DNA from: an uncultured Phycisphaeraceae bacterium
GTDB taxonomy: Bacteria; Planctomycetota; Phycisphaerae; Phycisphaerales; Phycisphaeraceae
Assembly (NCBI GenBank): GCA_964427135.1
Contig: CAYRTH010000002.1
Location: 12,732-76,731 of the forward strand
Length of the DNA stretch: 64,000 bases
Direction: 5' to 3'
This document shows positions 36,518-46,058 of this stretch, in pieces (the stretch's first letter is position 1; every line of letters begins with the position of its first letter). Below the pieces are notes generated by a model. The model had not been told where the DNA came from, ran no database searches, and saw only the letters and a list, made by a program, of their open reading frames with translations. The translations under genes were made by a program, and so were the position numbers.

Positions 36518-38467
36518 ATGACCCTTACCAAATGGGCCAGTCAGAAGGTCAAACGTGCCGCGGCGCGAAGGCGCATGGCTGTCAAGCGTTCACGTCGGGT
36601 GAACCCATCGGTATCCGTTGCCCAGGCTGGTGATTCCAAGACTTCAACCAAGGCTCAGCCGTTCCGCATTGACCTGTCACGCAATCACGTTTGGACCAAA
36701 GGCCCCATCGGCTCGGCCCTCGAACGTTCGCTGGAAAAAATGCTGCATTTCCCGGAAATGCGTGACATTTATCGACGGGTGCACGCCATGCACGATGATC
36801 GCCACTTTGTTGACAAAGTGCTGGCGGCGATGAGCGTGGCTGCGGACGTTTCCGACGACGACCTGGCGCGCATACCGACCACTGGGCCGGTGGTTGTGGT
36901 GGCCAATCACCCGTTTGGCGCCATTGAAGGGTTGGTGCTGGCGTCGGTGTTGCGACGGGTTCGGCCGGATGTGAAGGTCATGGCCAACTACCTGCTTTCA
37001 CGTTTGCCCGAACTCGACGATGTGATGTTGTACGTCGATCCGTTTGGCAAAAAGGAGAGCGCAGCGCGCAATTTGAAGTCGATGCGCGGCGCGGTCGATT
37101 GGGTGAAAAAGGGCGGGCTACTGGCCGTGTTTCCAGCCGGGGCGGTGGCCCATTTGCACCTGCATCAACGGGCGATTGTCGATCCGCCCTGGAGCGCGAG
37201 CATCAGTCGCATCATTCGCCGCACCCAGGCGCCGGTGGTGCCGCTTTTTTTCGGCGGCAGCAATGGGCCGATGTTCCAATTGGCCGGGATGGTGCATCCC
37301 CTTTTGCGTACCGCGATGCTGCCCCGTGAACTGCTCAACAAGCAACACAGCAAACTGCCCCTGGTCATCGGCAATGCAATCCCCGTCGGCAAAATCAAAA
37401 CCTTTGACGACGATCAAACGCTGATTAACTACCTGCGGGTGCGCACCTACATCCTGGGCAATCGATTGGCTCGACCCGCCACGGTCCATATGACCGATGC
37501 GACCTGGGCACATGGGGAAACGCATCGGCAACAGGAGCCGATCGTACAGGCGGTGGAGCCGCACACCCTGGCGTGGGAAATCGATCATTTGCCCCAGGAG
37601 GCGAAACTGGTCGATGCGGGAACGCAGTCGGTGTATCTGGCGGCTGGCAAACAGGCGCCGCACGTGCTTCGGGAAATTGGTCGCTTGCGTGAAGTGACGT
37701 TCCGCAAAGCCGGCGAAGGGACCGGACAGTCGATCGATTTGGATCAGTACGACCCGCATTATTTGCATTTGTTCATCTGGAATCAGCCGACGCGGGAGAT
37801 CGTCGGGGCGTATCGACTGGGACGGACGGATGTGATTTTGCGTGAACAGGGGCTTAAGGGTTTATACACCAGCGACCTGTTCGGGTACCCACGCCAGTTG
37901 CTCGATCAAGTCGGCCCGGCACTGGAGTTGGGGCGCGCCTTTGTCAGGCCGGAGTATCAGCGTTCGTATTCGCCGCTGATGCTGCTTTGGAAAGGCATCG
38001 GCCAGGTGATCACCCGTGAGCCTAAGTACCGCCATTTGCTCGGGCCGGTGAGCATCAACAACGAATACCACAGCGTGAGCAGGGAATTGATCATCGCCTT
38101 TTTGAAGGCCAACAAACTCGATCCGCAATTGGCGAAACTGGTCAAGCCCAAAAACCCGCCCAAGCTGCGGGGCGTGCGTGATGGGGCCACGGGGCTGTCG
38201 CTGGTGGTGAAGGACATCGAAGATGTTTCGACGATGGTGTCGGAGATCGAGCAGGACCACAAGGGCGTACCGATTTTGCTCAAACAGTACCTCAAGCTCA
38301 ACGCCCGGATGCTGGGCTTCAATGTGGACCCGGCGTTCGGCGATGTGACCGATGGACTGATTCTGGTGGACCTGATGCAGACCGAGCCGCGCATTTTGCA
38401 GAAGTACGTCGGGGCTGAGGGCACGGCTGCACTGCAACGGACGCATGGTCAAGAAGCCAATCATTGA
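36518..38467 (+). CDS. Bifunctional acyltransferase, OlsF-like (PlsC-type O-acyltransferase plus OlsB/GNAT-type N-acyltransferase)
   Basis: The N-half carries VVVANHPFGAIEGLVL and FPAGAV. The C-half carries LREVTFRKAGEGTG...DPHYLHLFIWN...IVGAYRLGRTD. Confidence 0.6.
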   Translation: MTLTKWASQKVKRAAARRRMAVKRSRRVNPSVSVAQAGDSKTSTKAQPFRIDLSRNHVWTKGPIGSALERSLEKMLHFPEMRDIYRRVHAMHDDRHFVDKVLAAMSVAADVSDDDLARIPTTGPVVVVANHPFGAIEGLVLASVLRRVRPDVKVMANYLLSRLPELDDVMLYVDPFGKKESAARNLKSMRGAVDWVKKGGLLAVFPAGAVAHLHLHQRAIVDPPWSASISRIIRRTQAPVVPLFFGGSNGPMFQLAGMVHPLLRTAMLPRELLNKQHSKLPLVIGNAIPVGKIKTFDDDQTLINYLRVRTYILGNRLARPATVHMTDATWAHGETHRQQEPIVQAVEPHTLAWEIDHLPQEAKLVDAGTQSVYLAAGKQAPHVLREIGRLREVTFRKAGEGTGQSIDLDQYDPHYLHLFIWNQPTREIVGAYRLGRTDVILREQGLKGLYTSDLFGYPRQLLDQVGPALELGRAFVRPEYQRSYSPLMLLWKGIGQVITREPKYRHLLGPVSINNEYHSVSRELIIAFLKANKLDPQLAKLVKPKNPPKLRGVRDGATGLSLVVKDIEDVSTMVSEIEQDHKGVPILLKQYLKLNARMLGFNVDPAFGDVTDGLILVDLMQTEPRILQKYVGAEGTAALQRTHGQEANH

Positions 38468-38505
38468 TCGACGTTCGTTCGGATTCAAACTGGTTCACAA
38501 CCAAT

Positions 38506-38848
38506 CTGGTGGGGTAGGCGTCCCGCCTGCCAATGGGCGACCAAGCCCATTTCGAACGACACCGTGCATGAACATGAGCCTTCGGCTCATTGACAGGCCA
38601 GAGGCCTGCCCCACCCAGACCTGTGATGAAACAATCTTTTAGCGCCGCGACTTGTCGCGTCTCTTGTAGCCCAGCCGCCCCCGGCTGGGTGAATCATCAT
38701 TGACAATCACACCGCCGAGGGCGGCGGTGCCACATGAAGCGTGGTGGTGCAAACATCATCAATTCGTAAGCAATGAATACCCGGGCCTTCGGCCTGTCGG
38801 CCTCATTCCCGGCTTGTTAAATCCGAAATCCGACCTTCGAAATTCAAA
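38506..38848. repeat. Cluster of short GC-rich hairpin repeats (BIME-like) ending in a core plus 7-mer array abutting the guaA stop
   Basis: Includes GTAGCCCAGCCGCCCCCGGCTGGGTG (38666), CACACCGCCGAGGGCGGCGGTGCCACA (38705) and AATACCCGGGCC...GGCTTGTTAAATCCGAAAT (38775). Confidence 0.8.
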
Positions 38849-40510
38849 TCATTCCCACTCGATCGTCGCCGGGGGTTTGCTGGAAATGTCGTACACCACC
38901 CGGTTGATGCCGCGCACTTCGTTGATGATGCGGTTGCTGATGACCGCCAGGACATCGTAGGGAATGCGCGCCCAGTCTGCGGTCATGAAATCCTGCGTTT
39001 CCACCGCCCGCAGCGCAATCACCTGGTCATACGTTCGGCCATCCCCCATCACACCCACCGCCCGCACCGGCAGCAGCACCGCGAAGACCTGACTGGTTTT
39101 GCGATACAAATGGTTGGCGACGATTTCCTCCAGCAAAATTTCATCCGCGTCCCGCAACAGGTCCAGTTGCGGCTTGCTCACTTCGCCCAAACAACGCACC
39201 GCCAACCCGGGGCCGGGGAACGGGTGTCGCCAAACCATCTGTTCGGGCAGCCCCAGCACCTGGCCGAGCATACGTACTTCATCCTTGAACAAAGAGCGCA
39301 AGGGTTCGATGAGTTCAAAGCCCAGTTGTTCGGGCAGGCCGCCGACGTTGTGATGCAGTTTGATATTGGCAGCCGTGCCCGCGTAACCCTGACCCGATTC
39401 GATCACGTCCGGGTAAAGCGTGCCCTGCGCTAGATAGCGAATTTCGAATGTCGAATGTCGAATTTCGAATTTGTCAGAAGCTTGCTTAGGTTGATTGGCT
39501 TGCGCACCGTCGTTTTGTAATTGATGAGCTGTTTGCTTGAACACCTCGATGAACCGGTGACCGATGCGTTTGCGTTTGTCCTGTGGGTCGGCGATGCCCT
39601 GTAAATCACTCAAAAATTGTTCAGCAGCATCAATCACGCGCAGGTCGATGTCAAAGTGACCACGGAAAGTCGATTCGACCAGGTCGCGTTCCCCTTTGCG
39701 GAGTAAACCGTTGTCCACAAAAATGCAGGTGAGTTGTTTGCCGATGGCCTTGGCCAGCAGAGCGGCTACAACGGAGGAATCGACTCCGCCGGATAAACCG
39801 CAAATCACCCGGCTAATGCCAACGCGCTGACGGATGATTTCAATCTGTGATTCCAGAAAGTCGGTCATGCGCCAGGTGCCGGTGCAGCCGCAGATGCCAA
39901 AAAGGAAATTGCGCAGAATGTCGATGCCGTGGGGCGTGTGGGTGACTTCGGGGTGAAACTGCACCCCGTAAAAATCGAGCTTACGATGCTTCACCGCAGC
40001 AATCGGGCAGGTGGGCGTGGTGGCCAGGGGTTGAAAATCGTCGTTGAGTTGGGTCACCTGATCGCCGTGGCTCATCCATACGGTGGTGTGCGCCGGCACC
40101 CCCGGAAATAATCGATGAGCACCGGTGACCTGCAATGCAGTACGACCAAATTCACGAGCCGGGTTGCCTTGGACCTTGGCGCCCAGTAGTTCGCAGCCGA
40201 TTTGCATGCCGTAGCAGATGCCAAGGACAGGCACGCCCAGATCGAAAAGTCGTTTGTCACAGGTGGGGGCGTTGTTTTCATAGACACTCGCCGGGCCGCC
40301 GGAAAGAATGATGCCCATGGGGGCGATGGCCTTCAAGTCTTCAACAGCAATGTTGGGCGGAACCAGCACCCCAAAGACCCCTGCTTCACGCACTCGGCGG
40401 GCGATGAGCTGAACATACTGTGAGCCGAAATCCAGAATGGGTACGATTTCCGTCACCCCGGACGGAATTTCGAGTTTGCTGCGATCGATGCGGATCACGG
40501 GCATGGTCAT
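38849..40510 (-). CDS. guaA: GMP synthase (glutamine-hydrolysing)
   Basis: GATase domain (GICYGMQ), ATP-PPase motif SGGVDSSV and C-terminal ...PPATIEWE. Confidence 0.95.
   Translation of the reverse strand: MTMPVIRIDRSKLEIPSGVTEIVPILDFGSQYVQLIARRVREAGVFGVLVPPNIAVEDLKAIAPMGIILSGGPASVYENNAPTCDKRLFDLGVPVLGICYGMQIGCELLGAKVQGNPAREFGRTALQVTGAHRLFPGVPAHTTVWMSHGDQVTQLNDDFQPLATTPTCPIAAVKHRKLDFYGVQFHPEVTHTPHGIDILRNFLFGICGCTGTWRMTDFLESQIEIIRQRVGISRVICGLSGGVDSSVVAALLAKAIGKQLTCIFVDNGLLRKGERDLVESTFRGHFDIDLRVIDAAEQFLSDLQGIADPQDKRKRIGHRFIEVFKQTAHQLQNDGAQANQPKQASDKFEIRHSTFEIRYLAQGTLYPDVIESGQGYAGTAANIKLHHNVGGLPEQLGFELIEPLRSLFKDEVRMLGQVLGLPEQMVWRHPFPGPGLAVRCLGEVSKPQLDLLRDADEILLEEIVANHLYRKTSQVFAVLLPVRAVGVMGDGRTYDQVIALRAVETQDFMTADWARIPYDVLAVISNRIINEVRGINRVVYDISSKPPATIEWE
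39437..39514. repeat. In-frame repeat-derived insertion within guaA
   Basis: A TCGAAT(G/T) array at 39437-39472 plus adjacent sequence encodes [26 protein letters not shown] just before the conserved [13 protein letters not shown]. Confidence 0.7.
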
Positions 40511-40597
40511 GGTGCGTTCCTTGGAAAAGAACGATCATATCACCAGCCGATGCGTGTGTTGGGCGCGAGGTGATCGCAACGATCATGATTGCACTTA

Positions 40598-40622
40598 GCC
40601 CACGGTCAATGACCGGGGGCAC
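40598..40622. repeat. Hairpin repeat GCCCACGGTCAATGACCGGGGGCAC
   Basis: Variant of the 20006/35731 family, located in the guaA/aroB divergent spacer. Confidence 0.7.
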
Positions 40623-40649
40623 AATGTCAAAAATCAAGGATTCATTGAA

Positions 40650-41735
40650 ATGTCCACCATTGACCTCACATTCCCGCAGCATCGTTACACCGTATACATC
40701 GCCCCCGGCTTGTTGCAGCAGGCCGGCTCACTCATGAAGCAGGTTGTGCCGCATGGTCAGGCCGCCCTGTTCATGGATGCAACCGTGGCCCCCCTGCATG
40801 GTCCAGCCGTGCAACAAGCATTGGTTGCTGCCGGGTATCAGGTGGTCAGTCACGCCGTGCCCAACGGCGAGGAACATAAAAACCTGGAAACGGTGCGCGG
40901 GTTGTACGAGGTGATGCTCGACGCCAAGTTGGAACGTAAAAGCCCGGTCGTGGCACTGGGCGGCGGGGTGTTGGGCGACACCGCCGGGTTCGCGGCGGCC
41001 ACGTATTTGCGGGGTGTGCCGTTGGTACAGATACCCACGACGTTACTGGCGATGGTGGATTCATCGGTGGGGGGCAAGGTGGGGGTGAATGTGCCACAGG
41101 GCAAAAATTTGATTGGGTCGTTTCATCAGCCGGGGTTGGTGGTGATCGATCCGCAGACGTTGCTGACGCTGCCCTTGCGCGAATTGCGCTGTGGTTTGGC
41201 GGAGTGTGTGAAGCATGGGGTGATTCGTCAGCCGGGCAAGTTTGTGTGGTTGAGTGAGCAACTTGAAAAAGTGATGAAGTTGGAGGTAGAGACGTTAGCG
41301 GAATTGGTGGATTGGAATGTGCGGATCAAAGCTGATGTGGTGATGAAGGACGAAAAGGAGACGGGGGAACGGGCACACCTGAACTTCGGCCACACCTTTG
41401 CGCATGCGATCGAAGCAACCGCCGGTTACGGGACGTTTCATCATGGCGAAGCGGTGTCGCTGGGGATGGTGGCAGCCACGACCCTGGCGGTGAATATCGG
41501 TCGATGTGAGCGGGGGGTGTTGACGGAACTGGTGCGTTTGCTGGAACGCATCGGGCTGCCGGTACGGGCGGACAATTTGCCGGTGGTGGATGTGTTGATG
41601 CAGGCGATGACGCTGGACAAAAAGGTGGCCGGGGGCGTGGTGCGATTGGTGTTGCCGATGAAAATGGGCCAGGTGGTGGTGACGACGGATGTGCCGGGCC
41701 GTGAGATTGAAAAAGCCTGGCAGGCGATACGATGA
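40650..41735 (+). CDS. aroB: 3-dehydroquinate synthase
   Basis: 361 aa with GGGVLGDTAGFAAATYLRGV, VDSSVGGKVGVN and HGEAVSLGM. Confidence 0.92.
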   Translation: MSTIDLTFPQHRYTVYIAPGLLQQAGSLMKQVVPHGQAALFMDATVAPLHGPAVQQALVAAGYQVVSHAVPNGEEHKNLETVRGLYEVMLDAKLERKSPVVALGGGVLGDTAGFAAATYLRGVPLVQIPTTLLAMVDSSVGGKVGVNVPQGKNLIGSFHQPGLVVIDPQTLLTLPLRELRCGLAECVKHGVIRQPGKFVWLSEQLEKVMKLEVETLAELVDWNVRIKADVVMKDEKETGERAHLNFGHTFAHAIEATAGYGTFHHGEAVSLGMVAATTLAVNIGRCERGVLTELVRLLERIGLPVRADNLPVVDVLMQAMTLDKKVAGGVVRLVLPMKMGQVVVTTDVPGREIEKAWQAIR

Positions 41736-42322
41736 ATTTCGGATTTAGCGGGACGACCCGCTGTTGAAGCCGTCGGATTTCGGATTTTGAATTGATGTTT
41801 GATGTTTAGCGCGGACGCTTCGCGTCGGCGTGCTTGATGCCGTGCCCTTCAGGGCCGGATTCGGGGTATGAAATCCGGGGCTATAGCCCTCGGCGTCAGT
41901 GTGTGTCGTGGCATCACCGCATTCGACGATGTGACAAAGCCGCCGATGGCATCGGCGGTCGGTTTGACTCGATGAGTGACAAATCAAGGATGCAATCAAG
42001 ACGGCGGATACCATCCACCGCTTTGTGAATCACACCGCCGAGGGCGGCGGTGCCACAATCAAAATACGCGCGGGTGCCTGTGGCACGTCTGCGTGCCACA
42101 GAAGCTTGTTGCTGTGGGCAGGCAAAATCGCCTGCCCACAGGCACCCAGGGCAAACAGGTATCATTCACGCGACCACTTCTTTTTACCGATTCGCCGATT
42201 CACCGCGCAGAATACCCAGGCCCTCGACCTCCCCCGGGGATCGGTCTCGTTCCCGGCTTGGTAAATCCGAAATTCGAATTTCGACGGCTTCAACAGCGGG
42301 TCGTCCCGCTAAATCCGAAATT
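41735..42322. mobile_element. About 588-bp composite non-autonomous element bounded by perfect 41-bp terminal inverted repeats
   Basis: 41735-41775 is the exact reverse complement of 42282-42322. The interior is built from other repeat families (41835-41898, 41936-42025, 42028-42057, 42072-42146, 42210-42281). No ORF with coding character. Confidence 0.75.
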
Positions 42323-42330
42323 TTTCTTCC

Positions 42331-44808
42331 TCAAATCCCCAAGGCACTGCGCCGCAATAATTCCTTCACACCGCTCGGCCGTTGCACCTGATACCCCGAG
42401 AGCGGAATCACATGTTCATGAATCGCGTCGAGTATGTCATTGGTGAACGGGAAGAAAGTATCTTCCACCTCATCAGCCGGGGTGATCCAATTCCGTGCCC
42501 CCACCACCACCGGCGGAGCATCCAACTCATCAAACGCAAGCTGCGTGATTTTCGCTGCCATCGTCTGCAACACACTGCCCCGTTCACACGCATCGCTGGC
42601 CAGTACGATCTTGCGCGTCTTTTTCACCGATTCCAACACCAGCGTGTAATCAAAGGGCACAATGCTGCGGGCGTCGATCACTTCCACCGACAACCCATAC
42701 TGTTCCTCCAACACCTTGGCAGCCTCCAGCGCCCGATACAACGTCGCACCCACGGTCAAAATCGTCAGGTCCTTGCCGACCTTTTTCACGTCAGGCTGAC
42801 CCATCGGTATTTCGTATCGACCTTCGGGCACTCCGCCAGCCGCAAACATCTCCGGCATGTCGTACAGCCGTTGACTTTCGAAAAACACCACCGGGTCTGT
42901 GCCCAGCAGTGCCGAGTACATCAAACCCTTGGCGTCATACGGCGTGGCCGGGAACACCACCTTCAATCCCGGAATATGCGCACACAAAGCCGTCCAATCC
43001 TGACTGTGCTGCGCCCCGTATTTACTGCCCACCGACACCCGCAACACCACCGGCATCTTCAACAACCCGCCCGACATCGACTGCCACTTGGCGAGCTGGT
43101 TGAATATTTCATCGCCCGCCCGGCCCATGAAATCGCAGTACATCAATTCCACCAGCGGCCTGCCACCTTCCAACGCATACCCCACCGCCGATCCGACAAT
43201 CGCGCCTTCACTGATCGGTGAGTTAAACAGCCGATGGTAAGGCAACGCCTCGGTCAACCCGCGATACACCGCAAACGCCCCGCCCCAGTCACGGTTTTCC
43301 TCCCCGTAAGCCACCAGCGTCGGGTCGGTGTAAAACATATCCAAAATCGCTTCAAACAAAGCGTCGCGCATCAGTATGCACTTGCTCTTGGCAACAGGTT
43401 TGCCCGACGCATCAACCCCATTGCGCGACTTACCCACCAAACTTTTACTGCGCGGGTTGTCCGCTTTGTTTTCAATCAACACCTCCGGCTTACGGTCTTC
43501 CAACTTTTCCATACGACCGTTGGAAAACATCGTCTGTTCCAGCAAATTGCCCGGCTGCATCAGGTCCGCACGGGGGCTGATCTTCAAATCGATCGCCTTC
43601 TGATAACAACGCAGCATCATCGCATCGATGCCCGCCTTCATCGCATCGATGTCGCCCTGCTTGCACACGCCCGCTTCGACCAGTTGCTGACCGAACACAT
43701 GCAACGGGTCCTGCTGCTGCCAGGCTTCGACTTCCTGTTTGTCACGGTAGCTCGACGCATCCGACGGCGAATGCCCTGAAAACCGGTAGGTGACCGTATC
43801 CAGCAACACCGGGCCGTCGCCTTTTTCGATGATCGCTTTTTTCCGACCGATGGCATCGACCACCGCCAGCGGGTTGAAGCCGTCGATGCGCTCGGCGTGC
43901 ATCTGATTAGGGCACAACCCGGCACCCAGCCTTGCCAGCATTTTGAAACCCATGGTTTCGCCCACGGGTTGGCCGCCCATCCCGTAAAAGTTGTTGACGA
44001 AATTGACGATCAGCGGCAGGCCGTGTTTGTGGGCCCCGGTCCACAGTTCCTTGAACTGGTCCATGGTGGCAAAGCAAAGCCCTTCCCACACCGGCCCGCA
44101 CCCAGCCGAGGCATCGCCGATGTTGGCGATCACCACCCCCGGTTTGCGATTGACATGTTTGAACAGGGCTGCCCCGACCGCGATGTCGCCCGATCCGCCG
44201 ACGATGGCGTTGTTGGGGTAAATGCCAAAGGGCGGAAAGTAGGCGTGCATCGACCCGCCCAACCCTTTGTTGAACCCGGTTTCGCGAGCGAAAATTTCCG
44301 CCAATGCCCCGTACACCAGGTAATCAATCGCCAGTTCGCGCGTCGTGCCTTTGAACCCCTGTTCGACGACTTTGAGGCACTGCCCGCCGAAGTAATCTTT
44401 CATCAGGCTCATCAGCCGGGCGTCGTCGAGCTTGGCGATGGCGGACAAACCCTTGGCCAGAATTTCACCATGACTGCGGTGCGAACCATAAATATGGTCA
44501 TCGACGGTCAGCAAATACATTTCGCCCACGGCTGTCGCTTCCTGTCCGATCGACAGATGCGCCGGCCCGCGATGGTTGTATTCAATCCCCTGATAGTTGC
44601 CCTGACGCTTGACGCTGTCGAGCATCATTTCAAAGGCGCGAATCACCATCATGTCGAACTGAATGCGCAACAAGTCGGCTTTGGTGAACCTGCCGCCGAC
44701 CAATTCGTCCTTGATCGACCGGTCATAGCTGTTGACCGGGATGGGCTGAAAGGTGATCTGCGCTTTGCTGCGCGCGGTTTTGGGGTCGATCATGATACTT
44801 TTGGGCAT
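42331..44808 (-). CDS. Fused E1 alpha-beta subunit of a 2-oxoacid/acetoin-type dehydrogenase complex (TPP-dependent)
   Basis: 825 aa. The N-half is E1-alpha-like ([23 protein letters not shown]). The C-half is E1-beta-like ([25 protein letters not shown], transketolase C-like end). Confidence 0.85.
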   Translation of the reverse strand: MPKSIMIDPKTARSKAQITFQPIPVNSYDRSIKDELVGGRFTKADLLRIQFDMMVIRAFEMMLDSVKRQGNYQGIEYNHRGPAHLSIGQEATAVGEMYLLTVDDHIYGSHRSHGEILAKGLSAIAKLDDARLMSLMKDYFGGQCLKVVEQGFKGTTRELAIDYLVYGALAEIFARETGFNKGLGGSMHAYFPPFGIYPNNAIVGGSGDIAVGAALFKHVNRKPGVVIANIGDASAGCGPVWEGLCFATMDQFKELWTGAHKHGLPLIVNFVNNFYGMGGQPVGETMGFKMLARLGAGLCPNQMHAERIDGFNPLAVVDAIGRKKAIIEKGDGPVLLDTVTYRFSGHSPSDASSYRDKQEVEAWQQQDPLHVFGQQLVEAGVCKQGDIDAMKAGIDAMMLRCYQKAIDLKISPRADLMQPGNLLEQTMFSNGRMEKLEDRKPEVLIENKADNPRSKSLVGKSRNGVDASGKPVAKSKCILMRDALFEAILDMFYTDPTLVAYGEENRDWGGAFAVYRGLTEALPYHRLFNSPISEGAIVGSAVGYALEGGRPLVELMYCDFMGRAGDEIFNQLAKWQSMSGGLLKMPVVLRVSVGSKYGAQHSQDWTALCAHIPGLKVVFPATPYDAKGLMYSALLGTDPVVFFESQRLYDMPEMFAAGGVPEGRYEIPMGQPDVKKVGKDLTILTVGATLYRALEAAKVLEEQYGLSVEVIDARSIVPFDYTLVLESVKKTRKIVLASDACERGSVLQTMAAKITQLAFDELDAPPVVVGARNWITPADEVEDTFFPFTNDILDAIHEHVIPLSGYQVQRPSGVKELLRRSALGI

Positions 44809-44839
44809 GGGTAGGCTCCAGTACGGCTTTGGATTTCAA

Positions 44840-44972
44840 TTTTCACCACAGAGACAACATGTGGCTGGGTGCTAGTGACTGGGTGCTGGGCAGAATGGCT
44901 GGTGGTGGTTGTTTTTTTCTAGCCACCAGCTACCAACTCCTAGCTTCCCTTTTCTGTGCCTCTGTGGTGAAT
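44840..44972. repeat. Inverted-arm element (TTCACCACAGAG ... CTCTGTGGTGAA) with internal CTGGGTGCT words and a hairpin
   Basis: Read directly. The right arm overlaps the last 11 codons and the stop of the DeoR ORF. Confidence 0.7.
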
Positions 44973-45800
44973 GCTTTGCGTTTCCGCTTCCGACTCCGGT
45001 TGCGGGTAAATCACTTCAATATTGTGTTCCCGGAAAAACGCCAGCCAGTGTTCATCCGGCGTCTGATCGGTGACCAGTTTCTGTATTCGTGGCCAATCGA
45101 CCAGCTTGAAGAGCGATGCGCTCTGAAACTTGCTGTGATCGACCACCACAATGGTTTCGCGGGCGTGTTGCACCGCCAGTCGGTACAAGTGGGCGCTGTC
45201 GATGTCGGCAGCCGAGGGACCAAAATCCATCGCCAGGCCGTCGGCCCCGATGAAGCATTGAAACCCGCGCAGTTGTTCAAGGGTGCTGGTGGCAATCGGG
45301 CCGATGGTGTCCATGCGATCGGGGCGATATTGTCCGCCGAGCATGATGAGACTGAGGTTGCCCATGCCGTTGCCAGCCGGACCGGTGCTGGTGTTGTGGG
45401 CAACGCCTTGCAATTCCATGGCCAGTCGGGTGCTGTTCAAAATGATGGACAGATTGCGACGACGGCGCAGGTGGGCTGCCATTTCAAAACAGGTGGTGCC
45501 CGAATCCAAAAATATTTGATCGTTGTCGGTCACCAGTTCCGCCGCCAAAGCCCCGGCCACTTTTTTGGCGTCCAGGTTACGCAGGTGCTTGGCATCAAAG
45601 GAAAACCCCGACACCGGTGACAATGTGGCTCCGCCATGCACGAGGGTGAGTTTGCCATCGTCGGCCAGGCTGCGCAAATCACGCCGAATGGTCGCTTCGC
45701 TGACGGCCAGCAAAGCCGACAGATCGCGCACGGTCAGGTGGGTTTTGTCCACCAGCCCGCCAAGGATGCGATCCCGTCGTTGAGCCGTCGCCATCGACAT
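44940..45800 (-). CDS. DeoR-family transcriptional regulator
   Basis: Start MSMATAQRRDRILGGLVDKTHLTVRDLSALLAVSEATIRRDLRSL (HTH) followed by a DeoR C-terminal sensor domain. The ORF-track N-terminal extension is rejected. Confidence 0.85.
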   Translation of the reverse strand: MSMATAQRRDRILGGLVDKTHLTVRDLSALLAVSEATIRRDLRSLADDGKLTLVHGGATLSPVSGFSFDAKHLRNLDAKKVAGALAAELVTDNDQIFLDSGTTCFEMAAHLRRRRNLSIILNSTRLAMELQGVAHNTSTGPAGNGMGNLSLIMLGGQYRPDRMDTIGPIATSTLEQLRGFQCFIGADGLAMDFGPSAADIDSAHLYRLAVQHARETIVVVDHSKFQSASLFKLVDWPRIQKLVTDQTPDEHWLAFFREHNIEVIYPQPESEAETQSIHHRGTEKGS

Positions 45801-45927
45801 TCGAACATCACTCCAATTTGCACATAGTGAACACCAAAACGTCAAAAAAGTCAATAGAATATTCAATATAATCATAAAATGTACTTGACTTGTGACGGAT
45901 TTTATCTAATTTAGTCAATATCGACAT

Positions 45928-45991
45928 CAAGCCGACAAGCCGAGTACGAAGACAAGCCGAGTACGAGGCCGACAGGCCGAGGGCTCGGGTA
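45928..45991. repeat. CAAGCCGA(C/G)... tandem words plus GGCCGAGGGCTCGGGTAT core
   Basis: caagccgacaagccgagtacgaagacaagccgagtacgaggccgacaggccgagggctcgggtat. Confidence 0.75.
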
Positions 45992-46058
45992 TGTTTGGTG
46001 CTTCCAAGCATTGTGAAGCGATGACCAAGGCTTGGTCTTGTATGAAATCAGGTGACCC

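Noticed and set aside
38506-38848. Hairpin clusters (38.5, 41.8-42.3 and 60.7-61.0 kb) as tRNA or other classical RNA genes.
   Set aside because: There is no cloverleaf geometry, no T-loop GGTTCGAATCC-type box and no anticodon-arm spacing. The units are dispersed repeats present in both orientations.
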